In this document: positions 33,606-42,724 of the stretch, in pieces
Position numbering within the stretch: the first letter of the stretch is position 1
Layout of the letters: the number at the start of each line of letters is the position of its first letter
Source: a virus
Lineage: Duplodnaviria; Heunggongvirae; Uroviricota; Caudoviricetes
Strand: one strand, 5' to 3'
DNA: 47,882 bases
IMG/VR virus record: IMGVR_UViG_2897375277_000002
The notes under the pieces: generated by a model
The model's input: the letters and a program-made list of their open reading frames with translations, nothing else
The model's database searches: none
Told to the model about the DNA's origin: nothing
Program-made: the position numbers and the translations under genes

Positions 33606-34403
33606 TTACTCTCTGGAAGCTTTTCTTATCTCTCTTGGTGTTATATTAAAACGATTATGAAATCTTTCAGTAAAACGAGAAGGACACTTATAACCATTTT
33701 CTCTGGCAATCTCGCTTATAGGTTTTACCGTCGTTTGTATAGCAGACAACGCATTATTTAACCTCACATCGTCCAGTATACTTTGGAAACTTACCCCCTC
33801 GCTTGCTAGACGGCGATGTAATGTAGAAACAGAAATGTAGAGATATCGAGCAACCTTGTTTGCTGTCCATTTTGTGCCGGGTTCGGATAGCAGCAGGTTA
33901 TAACAACGACTTATCAATGATTGTTTACTATATGATAAAAGTAAATGATTAACATGATTCACTCCTAACGAAAGTAGAACGCCCATTGCTAAGTGCTCCT
34001 GAATTTTAGTTGAGAAGCCTCGGGAAACAGATGTTTTTAGTTGCTCCCAACAATATATTAACTCAGGATTCTGAGGTAAAAAGAAACTTGTTTTGTTACG
34101 TATTTGATCAGTTACCGTATAAAGTTTTTGGAAACTCTCAATTAAATCAATGGGTAAGTAAAGCATTTCTGCAAGATAAAGCCCTGCTTCAGGATAATTC
34201 TCAATATAAAATTCATAACCACAAGGAAATAATATTATTTGATTATTATCAACAGTTAAAGTATGCGTCTCCCAATTGATAACTTTCTTTCCCTGACGGA
34301 TACGACACAAAGCTGGCATAAGAGGCTTAACCCTATGAATCTCATGATGTTTATGCATCCGTATTTCTTCGATCTTTAAGTTAGTCTTACCTCTTGCCAG
34401 CAT
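33606..34403 (-). CDS. ybcM: AraC-family transcriptional regulator YbcM-like
   Basis: 265-aa ORF with C-terminal AraC HTH ([36 protein letters not shown]...); matches DLP12 YbcM as recalled; AT-rich. Confidence 0.8.
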
Positions 34404-34412
34404 ACTCTCACC

Positions 34413-34964
34413 CTACTTTATCTCATAAACTGGTGTTATCTCAGCGGTTGCGATTTTATTAGCATTAAGCATATAACCAACTAACGCTCCGCTGGAGTTA
34501 GAATCTACAGGAATCTTTTCAGTTTTTAGAGCCCATACTTTAAACTGGTAATGATGTGGTTTATCTCCTTTAGGAGGACATGCGCCACCAAACCCAGCAT
34601 AGCCAAAATCATTTCGGCCTTGAACAGCACCAGTCGGCAGTTTTGTTCCATCACGTCTCCCTGCATCAACGGGCAAATATGTTATTGTTGCTGGAATATT
34701 AACAACAGTCCAATGCCACCAACCACTGCCTGTAGGTGCATCTGGATCATATACAGTTACGGCAAAGCTTTTGGTACCTTCAGGAACACCAGACCAGGTT
34801 AATGAGGGCGATGTATTACCACCTTCACACCCAAATCCAGAAAAGACATGAGACGTTGTAAGTTGCTCTCCTGTTTTTATTTCATTACTAGTGACCTGAA
34901 ATGCTGCAGCCTGCGCAGAAAATGTTATGAATGCCAATACAGTTGAAACGATAAGTGTTTTCAT
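34413..34964 (-). CDS. ybcL: periplasmic PEBP/RKIP-family protein YbcL-like
   Basis: 183-aa ORF with signal peptide (MKTLIVSTVLAFITFSAQA) and PEBP-like motifs (VYDPDAPTGSGWWHW); matches DLP12 YbcL. Confidence 0.85.
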   Translation of the reverse strand: MKTLIVSTVLAFITFSAQAAAFQVTSNEIKTGEQLTTSHVFSGFGCEGGNTSPSLTWSGVPEGTKSFAVTVYDPDAPTGSGWWHWTVVNIPATITYLPVDAGRRDGTKLPTGAVQGRNDFGYAGFGGACPPKGDKPHHYQFKVWALKTEKIPVDSNSSGALVGYMLNANKIATAEITPVYEIK

Positions 34965-35180
34965 AAAAACCTCTTTGTTATGACCTATCGTTATTTTATT
35001 TGATATTCCTTTATCTCATTATGCATAAAGGCGCAATTTTTATGCAAAAGCAATCACAATTGTACCCCCAACCCAATTATTTGCCACAATATACACAAAG
35101 CACATTGATACTATCTAAAAACTCTGCTTTATTATTAGTAATACCTACGAAAGTCGGTGTTATTTTTTAACCTATCATTC

Positions 35181-35230
35181 AAAATACGTGACATACACCA
35201 TTTTGCTCATAATAATTTGTCACGTATTTT
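35181..35230. repeat. 13-bp perfect inverted repeat AAAATACGTGACA ... TGTCACGTATTTT with 24-bp spacer
   Basis: Read directly from the + strand in the AT-rich spacer between ybcL and ybcK. Confidence 0.7.
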
Positions 35231-35428
35231 CAGTATTTGAATCTGCGACCAAGAGTTCTCACCTAACAAATGATTAAGATTGTATAGCTCATTTACTACC
35301 CCAATACAGCCGTACAAAACTCGCTTGTGGGAGCAAACAAAGTAATTACCCATTAAGTTTCGTCAAAGATAATTAATTCTGTCTTGCACTTTATCACCAT
35401 AGCATAACTTAAAATCCGAGATCATTAT

Positions 35429-36955
35429 TTAGAAATAAATCTCACCATCAACCATATATTTGAGAGCACTTATCGCCTGCTGGGCGGATATTACTTTCAT
35501 TAAAGGGTAGTGTTTAAAAACAATGCCATTCATAAAATAGATATCACAGGTTTTATTATCCGTATTAATTATGATTTTTTCGAATGTTTTATAGGCAAGT
35601 GTACGGCATAACTCTCGTCCATTTTTACTGGTTAAGTCAATAGCATAAAAATCACTGAATGAATTTACACCTTTACTCTTCAAAGTTTTCAATGATACCG
35701 AAGCCCTTCGTAATTCCTTATCTAATAGTCTTATTTTCTCTACTATAGCGGTAACTTCAGGCGCGACAGACAATGCAACGATTAAATTATTAATTTTCAT
35801 CTGAAGCTCAATAATTTTTAACTCTAAAGTTTCATTAGCATCTTTCTTGTTTTCAACTGGTTGAATTTTGCTACAATTAAAAAGCAATTCATTAATGATA
35901 TTATAATCAACCAAATCTCTTTTTATTGATGGCCTGTCACATCGATGTAATCTTCTCATCGGACAAACATAATAGCCATGCAAACTTCCAGATACCGCAT
36001 GAACAATCATGGTATTACCACAAGCCTCACACTTCATAACTGTTCGAAGTAGATTTATTAGCATAGGATTCTTGCTACTATTGCTAATACCAAAAGGTGC
36101 CAACCGAATTTCCTGTACAGCGTAAAACAAATCATCTGATATGACTCTGGGATAATAGCCAGCGATTTCACTTATCCCTTTCCCTCTTGCACGATATGAA
36201 GGTACGCATATACCTATCAGAGCTTTATTCGCTAATAATTTTTCAATTACAGAAGGTCCCCATGCACTTTCTTTTCCTGAGAAATTCTTTACAGCATGAT
36301 CATTTAAATACTTGGCTATTGCATTCAATGAGCGCCTTTCCATCCTGAGTTTAAAAATTAGCTCAATAGTTTTCACCCTGTCGGGGTCTGGAACAAAAGC
36401 CGTTCTTTTGTCATCTAAGGAGAGCCATCTCGGACAAGACGCCGTCATAATCGTACCTGATTCCAGTGCATCCTGCCGTTTTTTCTTCCATGATAATTTA
36501 ACCCGACTTGACTTTATCTCGCTTTCTTCATTTGCCCTTTGTGCTATAAGTATGGCTTTTATTAATGAATATGGCTCATTCAAAGAGTCAATATTATAGA
36601 CTGTATTGTCGCAAAGAGTTATAACATCAATACCGTGATTCAAAATCAATTTCAGACGTTCAATCGCTTCACCGACTTTTTCTCTTGAAAGTCTGTCCAG
36701 ACTTTCAACTAACAATGTAGTTCCTGGCAATATATAACCATGCTCTATAGCATCTAAAAATTCCGAAAAAGCTCCTGATTGTGCATGCTTTCCTTTGAAT
36801 GCACTTAATCCTAAATCTTCATATGTTATGGTATCAAGATAATAATCACTATTTACCTTTAACCATTCAGCAATAAGTCTTCTCTGTCGGTTTAATGAGT
36901 CACCAGACATCTGACCTGGTGATGAAAATCGCATATATGCTATGGCTTTTTTCAT
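35429..36955 (-). CDS. ybcK: large serine recombinase (YbcK-like)
   Basis: 508-aa ORF; N-terminal resolvase-like catalytic domain (AIAYMRFSSPGQ... with Ser) plus large C-terminal domain with Cys cluster; AT-rich. Confidence 0.8.
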   Translation of the reverse strand: MKKAIAYMRFSSPGQMSGDSLNRQRRLIAEWLKVNSDYYLDTITYEDLGLSAFKGKHAQSGAFSEFLDAIEHGYILPGTTLLVESLDRLSREKVGEAIERLKLILNHGIDVITLCDNTVYNIDSLNEPYSLIKAILIAQRANEESEIKSSRVKLSWKKKRQDALESGTIMTASCPRWLSLDDKRTAFVPDPDRVKTIELIFKLRMERRSLNAIAKYLNDHAVKNFSGKESAWGPSVIEKLLANKALIGICVPSYRARGKGISEIAGYYPRVISDDLFYAVQEIRLAPFGISNSSKNPMLINLLRTVMKCEACGNTMIVHAVSGSLHGYYVCPMRRLHRCDRPSIKRDLVDYNIINELLFNCSKIQPVENKKDANETLELKIIELQMKINNLIVALSVAPEVTAIVEKIRLLDKELRRASVSLKTLKSKGVNSFSDFYAIDLTSKNGRELCRTLAYKTFEKIIINTDNKTCDIYFMNGIVFKHYPLMKVISAQQAISALKYMVDGEIYF

Positions 36956-37140
36956 GGTGACACCTGCTAACGTATGCTTTTATAAACCTTAGTGGTGGGA
37001 TATAATTTTTGTTTAATTTTTATTTAAAAAGACAATTAAGGTCACATTATCTTGAATATACAACAATAATCGTATTGCAATTTTCTTACGCCATAATCTT
37101 GAAAGCACAAAAGAATACATAAAAAATAAAGACATTAACA

Positions 37141-37179
37141 AAAAGCATAAAACGAGGCTCATATAAATATAAGAGCCTC
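37141..37179 (-). terminator. intrinsic terminator downstream of emrE
   Basis: Minus strand GAGGCTC-(12-nt loop)-GAGCCTC followed by GTTTTATGCTTTTT. Confidence 0.5.
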
Positions 37180-37209
37180 CATATTTTAGTCGTTTAGAAA
37201 CAAATTATT

Positions 37210-37542
37210 TTAATGTGGTGTGCTTCGTGACAATAAATTAATAACCAACACACCGGCACAAATCAACATCATGCCTATAATAGCTGGCAGGTCCAGCCGT
37301 TGGTCGAAAAGTCCCCATGACAGTAAGCTAATCAGGACAATACCGACTCCTGACCAGATAGCATAAGCAATCCCTGTAGGAATATAAGCCAGCGTCTGAG
37401 CTAATAACCAGAATGATGCACAATAACAAATAATTGTACCAACAGATGGCCATAACCGTGTAAAACCTTCTGAAAACTTCATTAAGGTTGTACCAATGAC
37501 CTCTGCAAGTATTGCACCACCAAGATAAATATAAGGGTTCAT
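37210..37542 (-). CDS. emrE: SMR-family multidrug efflux transporter EmrE
   Basis: Start set at MNPYIYLGGAILAEVIGTTLMKFSEGFTRLWPSVGTIICY... (110 aa), matching E. coli EmrE; ORF track extends 18 codons upstream. Confidence 0.9.
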   Translation of the reverse strand: MNPYIYLGGAILAEVIGTTLMKFSEGFTRLWPSVGTIICYCASFWLLAQTLAYIPTGIAYAIWSGVGIVLISLLSWGLFDQRLDLPAIIGMMLICAGVLVINLLSRSTPH

Positions 37543-37609
37543 AGCATATTCTTTCCTGTTCAAACTGGAGAGAATTGTACTACAGTTTGAACTCAACTCA
37601 CCTGTTTCA

Positions 37610-37912
37610 TCATTGTGTACCCATTGATGTTCTTTTATATACCCTCAATACCCGTTTCATCGCGGCACTCTGGCGACACTCCTTAAAAATCAGATTCGTG
37701 CTCACCTTTCCTTCCCGTTCTTCTCTGGTAGCGAACCGGTAATACACCGTTCGCCAGACCTTACCATCAACGACCAGGATTCCTGCCCGCGCCATTTTAG
37801 CCGCAGCCTGATTTATGCTGGTTACGGTTGCGCCTGTTACCGCGGCAACGTCCTGTGCACAGAAGCTCTTATGCGTCCCCAGGTAATGAATAATTGCCTC
37901 TTTGCCCGTCAT
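37610..37912 (-). CDS. ren: Ren exclusion protein
   Basis: 100-aa ORF MTGKEAIIHYLGTHKSFCAQDVAAVTGATVTSINQAAAKMARAG... matching lambda Ren; directly downstream of P. Confidence 0.85.
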   Translation of the reverse strand: MTGKEAIIHYLGTHKSFCAQDVAAVTGATVTSINQAAAKMARAGILVVDGKVWRTVYYRFATREEREGKVSTNLIFKECRQSAAMKRVLRVYKRTSMGTQ

Positions 37913-38610
37913 ACACTTGCTCCTTTCAGTCCGAACTTAGCTTTAATTTCTGCGATCTTCGCCAGAGCCTGTGCACGATTTAGAGGTCTACCGCCCATAA
38001 CAGGAAGTTGTTTTACTGGTTCAGGTATCGTCTCACCACGGTTAATTCGCGCTGTCATACAGGTCAGTTCATCGGCAGCCTTGCGCCGTAATTCCGCGTC
38101 AGTCAGCGCATTGGCCCGCATGTTCTGGTACAAGTTGGTAACCAACCAGTAATGCGCGTTCGATTTCCACGGATAAGACTCTGCATCCGGATACAGGCCA
38201 CGCTTCCGGCAATACTCGTAAACCATATCAACCAGCTCGCTGACGTTTGGCAGCCCGGCGTTAACAGATGCTTCTTCCCGGCACCAGGCGACAAACTGCC
38301 CGGGTGATGGCAGGAATGGTCGATTCTGCCGACGGGCTACGCGCATTCCAGCGTTAACCTGTTCCATTGTGGTGATCCCGTTTTCCCGGAAAGCCAGAAC
38401 CCACTGGCGGCGGATTTCGTTCAGTTCATTCTGGTCACGGTTAGCCAGGCTCGCCGGGAAAGTTGCCAGTAACTGGCTGAACACACCGTTGATGATCTGC
38501 GCTACCTGCTGTACCTGTGGCTTTTCGTCGTACTGTTCCGGCATGTTGTTGGCGATCCGGCGCATCTGCTCACAGTCAAAGTTAACCATCTGTGCGGCGA
38601 TGTTTTTCAT
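37909..38610 (-). CDS. P: replication protein P (DnaB helicase loader)
   Basis: 233-aa ORF MKNIAAQMVNFDCEQMRRIANNMPEQYDEKPQ... matching lambda P. Confidence 0.95.
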   Translation of the reverse strand: MKNIAAQMVNFDCEQMRRIANNMPEQYDEKPQVQQVAQIINGVFSQLLATFPASLANRDQNELNEIRRQWVLAFRENGITTMEQVNAGMRVARRQNRPFLPSPGQFVAWCREEASVNAGLPNVSELVDMVYEYCRKRGLYPDAESYPWKSNAHYWLVTNLYQNMRANALTDAELRRKAADELTCMTARINRGETIPEPVKQLPVMGGRPLNRAQALAKIAEIKAKFGLKGASV

Positions 38611-39536
38611 AGCTCCACCCCGTAAATCCAGTCAGTGTTCGTCAGGTCGAGTTTTGGTTTGCCGGCTGTCACGCCAGCCTGTTGCTTGTTTCGGTTGATT
38701 TCGAGCTGGGTCCACTTGTCGCGGAGTTTGGCCGGACTTAGCACGTTACCGGACCAGAAGTTGTCCTGGCATGCCCAGCGGAACAGCACGCACATGTCGC
38801 GGTGGTTACGTCCGTCACGTTCACGCATCAGGCGGATATCGTTAGCCCACCCTGCAAAATTCGGTTTTCTGGCTGATGGCGCGATGGTCTTCACCATGTC
38901 AAACATCCACTCTGCGGCGGTCAGGTCTTCTGCTGTCCCCCACTTGCTGCCGCTCTGAATTGCAGCATCCGGTTTCACCACAGGAAGATCGTTTTCTGAC
39001 TGGTCAGAGGATTCGCCAGAATTCTCTGACGAAAAAGGTTTTATATTGTCTTTTGTTAGTTTGTCTTTTGTGTTTACCTGATTCGGGTAAACGTCTTTAC
39101 CTGATTTGGGTAAACTTTTCTTACCTGATTCAGGTAAATTTACCTCTTTCAGGTAAACTTTATTTTTCTTACCTGATTCGGGTAATGTTGACCATTCACT
39201 GACCACATTATTAATGCCGATATTCCGCCCGCTCTGAATAAAAATCCCACGCTTTACCAGAACACTTTTTGCAGCAGAACACTTGTGCGGCAATATCCCG
39301 GTCAACTCGGAAAGTTGCTCGTTGCTCACCCAATCCAGTTTTTTATTAAAGCCATATGTTTTGCGCATGACAGCCAGAAAGACCAGAAGCTGGTGCTGTG
39401 TTAATCCGGCCAGCATCACAGCTTCCAGCAACTCATTTGCAATGCGCGTATAACCATCATCGAGATCTGCCACGCGCGGCTCCTTTTGTGCCACATCCGG
39501 CACTGGAAAATTGAATATCTCAGCAGTGTTTGCCAT
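38607..39536 (-). CDS. O: replication initiator protein O
   Basis: Start set at ATG 39536 (strong SD GGGAGGAATT) giving MANTAEIFNFPVPDVAQKEPRVADLDDGYTRIANELLEA...; ori iterons lie inside the coding sequence; ORF track extends 30 codons upstream. Confidence 0.9.
   Translation of the reverse strand: MANTAEIFNFPVPDVAQKEPRVADLDDGYTRIANELLEAVMLAGLTQHQLLVFLAVMRKTYGFNKKLDWVSNEQLSELTGILPHKCSAAKSVLVKRGIFIQSGRNIGINNVVSEWSTLPESGKKNKVYLKEVNLPESGKKSLPKSGKDVYPNQVNTKDKLTKDNIKPFSSENSGESSDQSENDLPVVKPDAAIQSGSKWGTAEDLTAAEWMFDMVKTIAPSARKPNFAGWANDIRLMRERDGRNHRDMCVLFRWACQDNFWSGNVLSPAKLRDKWTQLEINRNKQQAGVTAGKPKLDLTNTDWIYGVEL
39074..39185. repeat. replication origin iterons: five copies of an approximately 17-bp palindromic unit (TTACCTGATTCGGGTAA-like)
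   Basis: Copies at about 39074, 39097, 39121, 39140 and 39169, each an internal inverted repeat (TTACC...GGTAA); an AT-rich tract at 39030-39073 follows on the O-downstream side, as in ori-lambda. Confidence 0.85.
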
Positions 39537-39622
39537 AATTCCTCCCGCAATGAGTGTGTTACGATTTGCACCTGAAAGTCGGTTCTGTTCGCGCAGACCG
39601 GCTTTCGCCATTTCCGAACCTG

Positions 39623-39805
39623 TCATATTGCCCCCAGCATGGTGGTGACCATCGCCATCAGTGGACCAGCCAGATCCGGGTCCACACGAAACATCGACAC
39701 AATGCCTTCACTCATCTCCTTCAGTTTCTGGTGGCGTGGTGCGTTGAGAATGACAGCCTGTTTTGCCTCACTGAGTTCCTTTTCCATTTCAGCCAGCCGA
39801 GCCAT
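39623..39805 (-). CDS. hypothetical small protein between cII-position gene and O
   Basis: 60-aa ORF with ATG start; no family recognised. Confidence 0.35.
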   Translation of the reverse strand: MARLAEMEKELSEAKQAVILNAPRHQKLKEMSEGIVSMFRVDPDLAGPLMAMVTTMLGAI

Positions 39806-39835
39806 GAAGCTATCCTGCTCAACCAGGTGGCCGCG

Positions 39836-40168
39836 CTATTCCAGCGGTAGTACCGCCAGAATTGCCGGGGTCAGTTCACGCACGTTATTTCGGTATTTTT
39901 CAGAATCGAATTTGTTATCGAGGAAGCGGAACAGCTTCTGGCGTGCACGGCTGACATCATCAGGAAAATCGATGGTGCCGCCGCCCTGCTCCCGATACTC
40001 ATTCACAATGAGTGCGGCAACAACATCCTGATTATCTGCAGCCGACCAGGCGCGAACGGCATCACGGATTTTTTCGTGGCCTAGCGCCTGTTTTGTTTGA
40101 GAACGATTTATCACCGCAGTCGGGCTAAATCCGCTAGTCTGTTGGTATGTAAGTGGTTGCATAGTCAT
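39836..40168 (-). CDS. hypothetical protein at the cII position (possible CII-like regulator)
   Basis: 110-aa ORF downstream of cro and upstream of O; no similarity to lambda CII that I can recognise. Confidence 0.5.
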   Translation of the reverse strand: MTMQPLTYQQTSGFSPTAVINRSQTKQALGHEKIRDAVRAWSAADNQDVVAALIVNEYREQGGGTIDFPDDVSRARQKLFRFLDNKFDSEKYRNNVRELTPAILAVLPLE

Positions 40169-40192
40169 TGCCTTATCAGTTAACGCCGCAGA

Positions 40193-40420
40193 TTAGGCGG
40201 CAGAATTACTCGCGTTAAACAATGGTGCGAGGTCGGGACGAATATCTGCTGGTTTAATCTTTCCACCAGTGGCTGAGACAATTTTCATTACATAGCGGGC
40301 ATCAATTCCGCCACCGTGTAGCCAACGCCAAACAGTGGGCTGGGCTACACCGCATAGATCTGCCAGTCGTTTTTGACTACCTGTAATACTGATTGCGAGT
40401 TGAATGGTTTGATTTGTCAT
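40193..40420 (-). CDS. cro: Cro-like HTH repressor
   Basis: 75-aa ORF MTNQTIQLAISITGSQKRLADLCGVAQPTVWRWLHGG... (HTH); divergent from cI across an operator-containing spacer. Confidence 0.8.
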   Translation of the reverse strand: MTNQTIQLAISITGSQKRLADLCGVAQPTVWRWLHGGGIDARYVMKIVSATGGKIKPADIRPDLAPLFNASNSAA

Positions 40421-40530
40421 TATTAATTCCCATTGGTATTACAATGAATAAATAATAGCAATGCGTATTAATCATAACAATAGCAAAACGTGTTTTGACC
40501 ATCAATACGCAAGCGTATAAATTAAAACTT
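40421..40530. promoter_or_regulatory. OR region with putative PR (minus strand: -35 TTGTTA at 40475-40480, 17-nt spacer, -10 TATTAT at 40452-40457) and AATAGCAA(T) operator motifs
   Basis: Hexamers and motif copies (40454-40462, 40479-40486) read directly; the same motif recurs in the putative OL. Confidence 0.55.
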
Positions 40531-41223
40531 ATGAAAAAAGAAACTCTTGCTGATCGCTTAAACCTAGCGATGGAACAATCTGGAATGTCTCAAGGCGCTC
40601 TTGCAAAGGCGTCTGGCGTAGCTCAACCCACAATCTGGAGACTGACAAGCGGCAACGCGCGCGGCTCAACAAAAATTGTTGAAATAGCTAATGCATTGGG
40701 TGTTCGAACAGAGTGGCTCTCATCAGGCATAGGCCCGATGAGAAATGACGGTCAACAATTAGGGAAGCCTACTGCCAACCATCCCAAATACTTCAAGATT
40801 GACGTTCTTGATATAGAAGTGAGTGCCGGGCCGGGAGTCATCAACCGTGAGTTTGTAGAAGTTCTACGCTCGGTTGAGTACTCGTTTGACGATGCTCGTC
40901 ACATGTTCGATGGTAGGAAGGCAGAAAATATCCGCATCATTAACGTACGCGGTGACAGCATGTCAGGAACGATTGAACCTGGTGATCTTCTATTCGTTGA
41001 TATCACGGTTAAATCTTTCGACGGTGATGGTATCTATGCGTTTCTGTACGACGACACAGCCCATGTAAAGCGCCTGCAAATGATGAAGGATAAGCTGCTG
41101 GTTATCTCTGATAACAAAAGCTACTCACCGTGGGACCCGATCGAGAAAGATGAGATGAACCGGGTATTTATCTTCGGGAAAGTTATTGGGAGCATGCCGC
41201 AGACGTATAGGAAGCATGGATAG
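40531..41223 (+). CDS. cI: CI-type repressor (N-terminal HTH, C-terminal S24 LexA-like peptidase domain)
   Basis: MKKETLADRLNLAMEQSGMSQGALAKASGVAQPTIWRL... with C-terminal ...GDSMSGTIEPGDLLFVD... (Ser-Lys dyad type). ORF track starts at a TTG at 40495; ATG 40531 preferred, likely leaderless. Confidence 0.85.
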   Translation: MKKETLADRLNLAMEQSGMSQGALAKASGVAQPTIWRLTSGNARGSTKIVEIANALGVRTEWLSSGIGPMRNDGQQLGKPTANHPKYFKIDVLDIEVSAGPGVINREFVEVLRSVEYSFDDARHMFDGRKAENIRIINVRGDSMSGTIEPGDLLFVDITVKSFDGDGIYAFLYDDTAHVKRLQMMKDKLLVISDNKSYSPWDPIEKDEMNRVFIFGKVIGSMPQTYRKHG

Positions 41224-41303
41224 TACCAATTAAAAATTATCAACCGGGCATTGTGCTCATTCAGTAAAACAACTTAATTATTCATTTTAGAATGGAGAAC
41301 TTA

Positions 41304-42365
41304 ATGGATACTTTAAAATATGAGAAATTCTCTGATTTTGATCACAATGACCCATTTTTTGACTCTTTAAAAAAAGATTATAAAGAGTTTCCTCTTTGGT
41401 TAGAAAAAAAAGCCAGAGAAGGAGAATCAGCTTATGTGCTCTATGATGACAAGCATAAAATCGAAGGTTTTATGTATCTAAAAGAAAATGATGATGCAAA
41501 TGACATTAATCCAGCGCTCCCACCAGGACGTCATCTAAAGATAGGAACATTCAAATTTGAATCTAAAGGCACCCTTCGCGGACAACGATTTCTAAAAAAA
41601 GCGTTTGACCATGCATTTTCATCAAAATCTGATGATATTTATGTTACTGTTTTCGACAAACACGTCCATCTAATAAAACTTTTCCAAACGTACGGATTTT
41701 ACATTCATGGTGAAAAAGAAACACATAACGGGAAAGAGTTTGTATATGCGAGGTCTTTGCATGAGCCTTATGGTGATATTTTATTAGATTACCCTCGAAT
41801 AATGACATCAAGGGCCAACAAATATTTACTGGCGATTTATCCCGAATATCACACTAGACTATTCCCTGATTCAAAACTTGTAAATGAATCACCAGATATT
41901 GTCAAAGATATATCCCATGCTAACAGCATTCATAAAATTTACATATGTGGAATGCGTTCTGTGATGGGAATGAAAAGAGGAGATATCATTGTCATCTATA
42001 GAACCGGAGACAAAAAAGGGCCAGCTCGCTATCGTTCTGTAGCCAGTACATTATGTGTAGTTGAGAGCGTAAAAAATATTTCTGAATTTTTAAGCGAAGA
42101 TAGTTTTGTAGACTATTGTATTCGTTTTAGCGTATTTTCTGAAGATGAACTCAGAAAAATCTATAAAGAACGTCGATACCCTTTCATTATAAGATTCACA
42201 TACAATCTGTCTTTGCCAAAGAGACCCAATCGTGCTATTTTAATAGATCATGTGGGGCTAAATGGTTCGCGTGCATTCCGATGGAGTCACTTTAAACTCA
42301 CAAATGAGCAGTTCTTAAAGATCATCGAGTTAGGCAAGATAAATGAAAGTTTTATTATCCATTAA
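41304..42365 (+). CDS. GNAT-like acetyltransferase domain protein with uncharacterised C-terminal domain (rex-position cargo gene 1)
   Basis: ORF 41292..42365; ATG at 41304 has an SD (GGAGAA). Segment LRGQRFLKKAFDHAF...DDIYVTVFDKHVHLIKLFQTYGFYIHGE resembles GNAT motifs A/B; AT-rich; no lambda counterpart. Confidence 0.6.
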   Translation: MDTLKYEKFSDFDHNDPFFDSLKKDYKEFPLWLEKKAREGESAYVLYDDKHKIEGFMYLKENDDANDINPALPPGRHLKIGTFKFESKGTLRGQRFLKKAFDHAFSSKSDDIYVTVFDKHVHLIKLFQTYGFYIHGEKETHNGKEFVYARSLHEPYGDILLDYPRIMTSRANKYLLAIYPEYHTRLFPDSKLVNESPDIVKDISHANSIHKIYICGMRSVMGMKRGDIIVIYRTGDKKGPARYRSVASTLCVVESVKNISEFLSEDSFVDYCIRFSVFSEDELRKIYKERRYPFIIRFTYNLSLPKRPNRAILIDHVGLNGSRAFRWSHFKLTNEQFLKIIELGKINESFIIH

Positions 42366-42720
42366 GCCTGAGTTTGCAGAAAAAATATTGAACGGAACAA
42401 AGCGGTTCGAGTTTCGTAAAGGTATATTCAAAAATCCGCAAATTAGCACCGTTGTTATTTATGCCACGATGCCATTAGGTAAAGTTGTTGGTCAATTCCG
42501 TATTGAATCAATACTAAGTGACGAACCGGAATCTCTTTGGAAAAAGACGGAAAAACACGCAGGTATTTCTAAGCAATTTTATGACTCATATTATTCAGGT
42601 AGAGAAAAGGCCTACGCAATAAAAATTGGTGAAGTGGAAAGATATAAAGAACCAATTCCTATCTCTGCTCTAGGTAGTAATATTAAGCCACCACAATCAT
42701 ATCTTTACCTACCTGCGTAA
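42343..42720 (+). CDS. ASCH-domain (PUA-like) protein (rex-position cargo gene 2)
   Basis: 125-aa ORF MKVLLSIKPEFAEKILNGTKRFEFRKG... with the ASCH N-terminal signature; overlaps gene 1 by 23 nt. Confidence 0.65.
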   Translation: MKVLLSIKPEFAEKILNGTKRFEFRKGIFKNPQISTVVIYATMPLGKVVGQFRIESILSDEPESLWKKTEKHAGISKQFYDSYYSGREKAYAIKIGEVERYKEPIPISALGSNIKPPQSYLYLPA

Positions 42721-42724
42721 GAAT

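Noticed and set aside
39074-39185. Regularly spaced short repeats that could superficially resemble a CRISPR array
   Set aside because: Units are palindromic, unevenly spaced without unique spacers of uniform length, lie inside the O coding sequence and match the ori-lambda iteron architecture.
40495-40530. TTG at 40495 as the cI start (as in the ORF track)
   Set aside because: No SD and a non-ATG start; the ATG at 40531 gives a typical repressor N-terminus and is compatible with a leaderless PRM transcript. The alternative is noted in the feature evidence.
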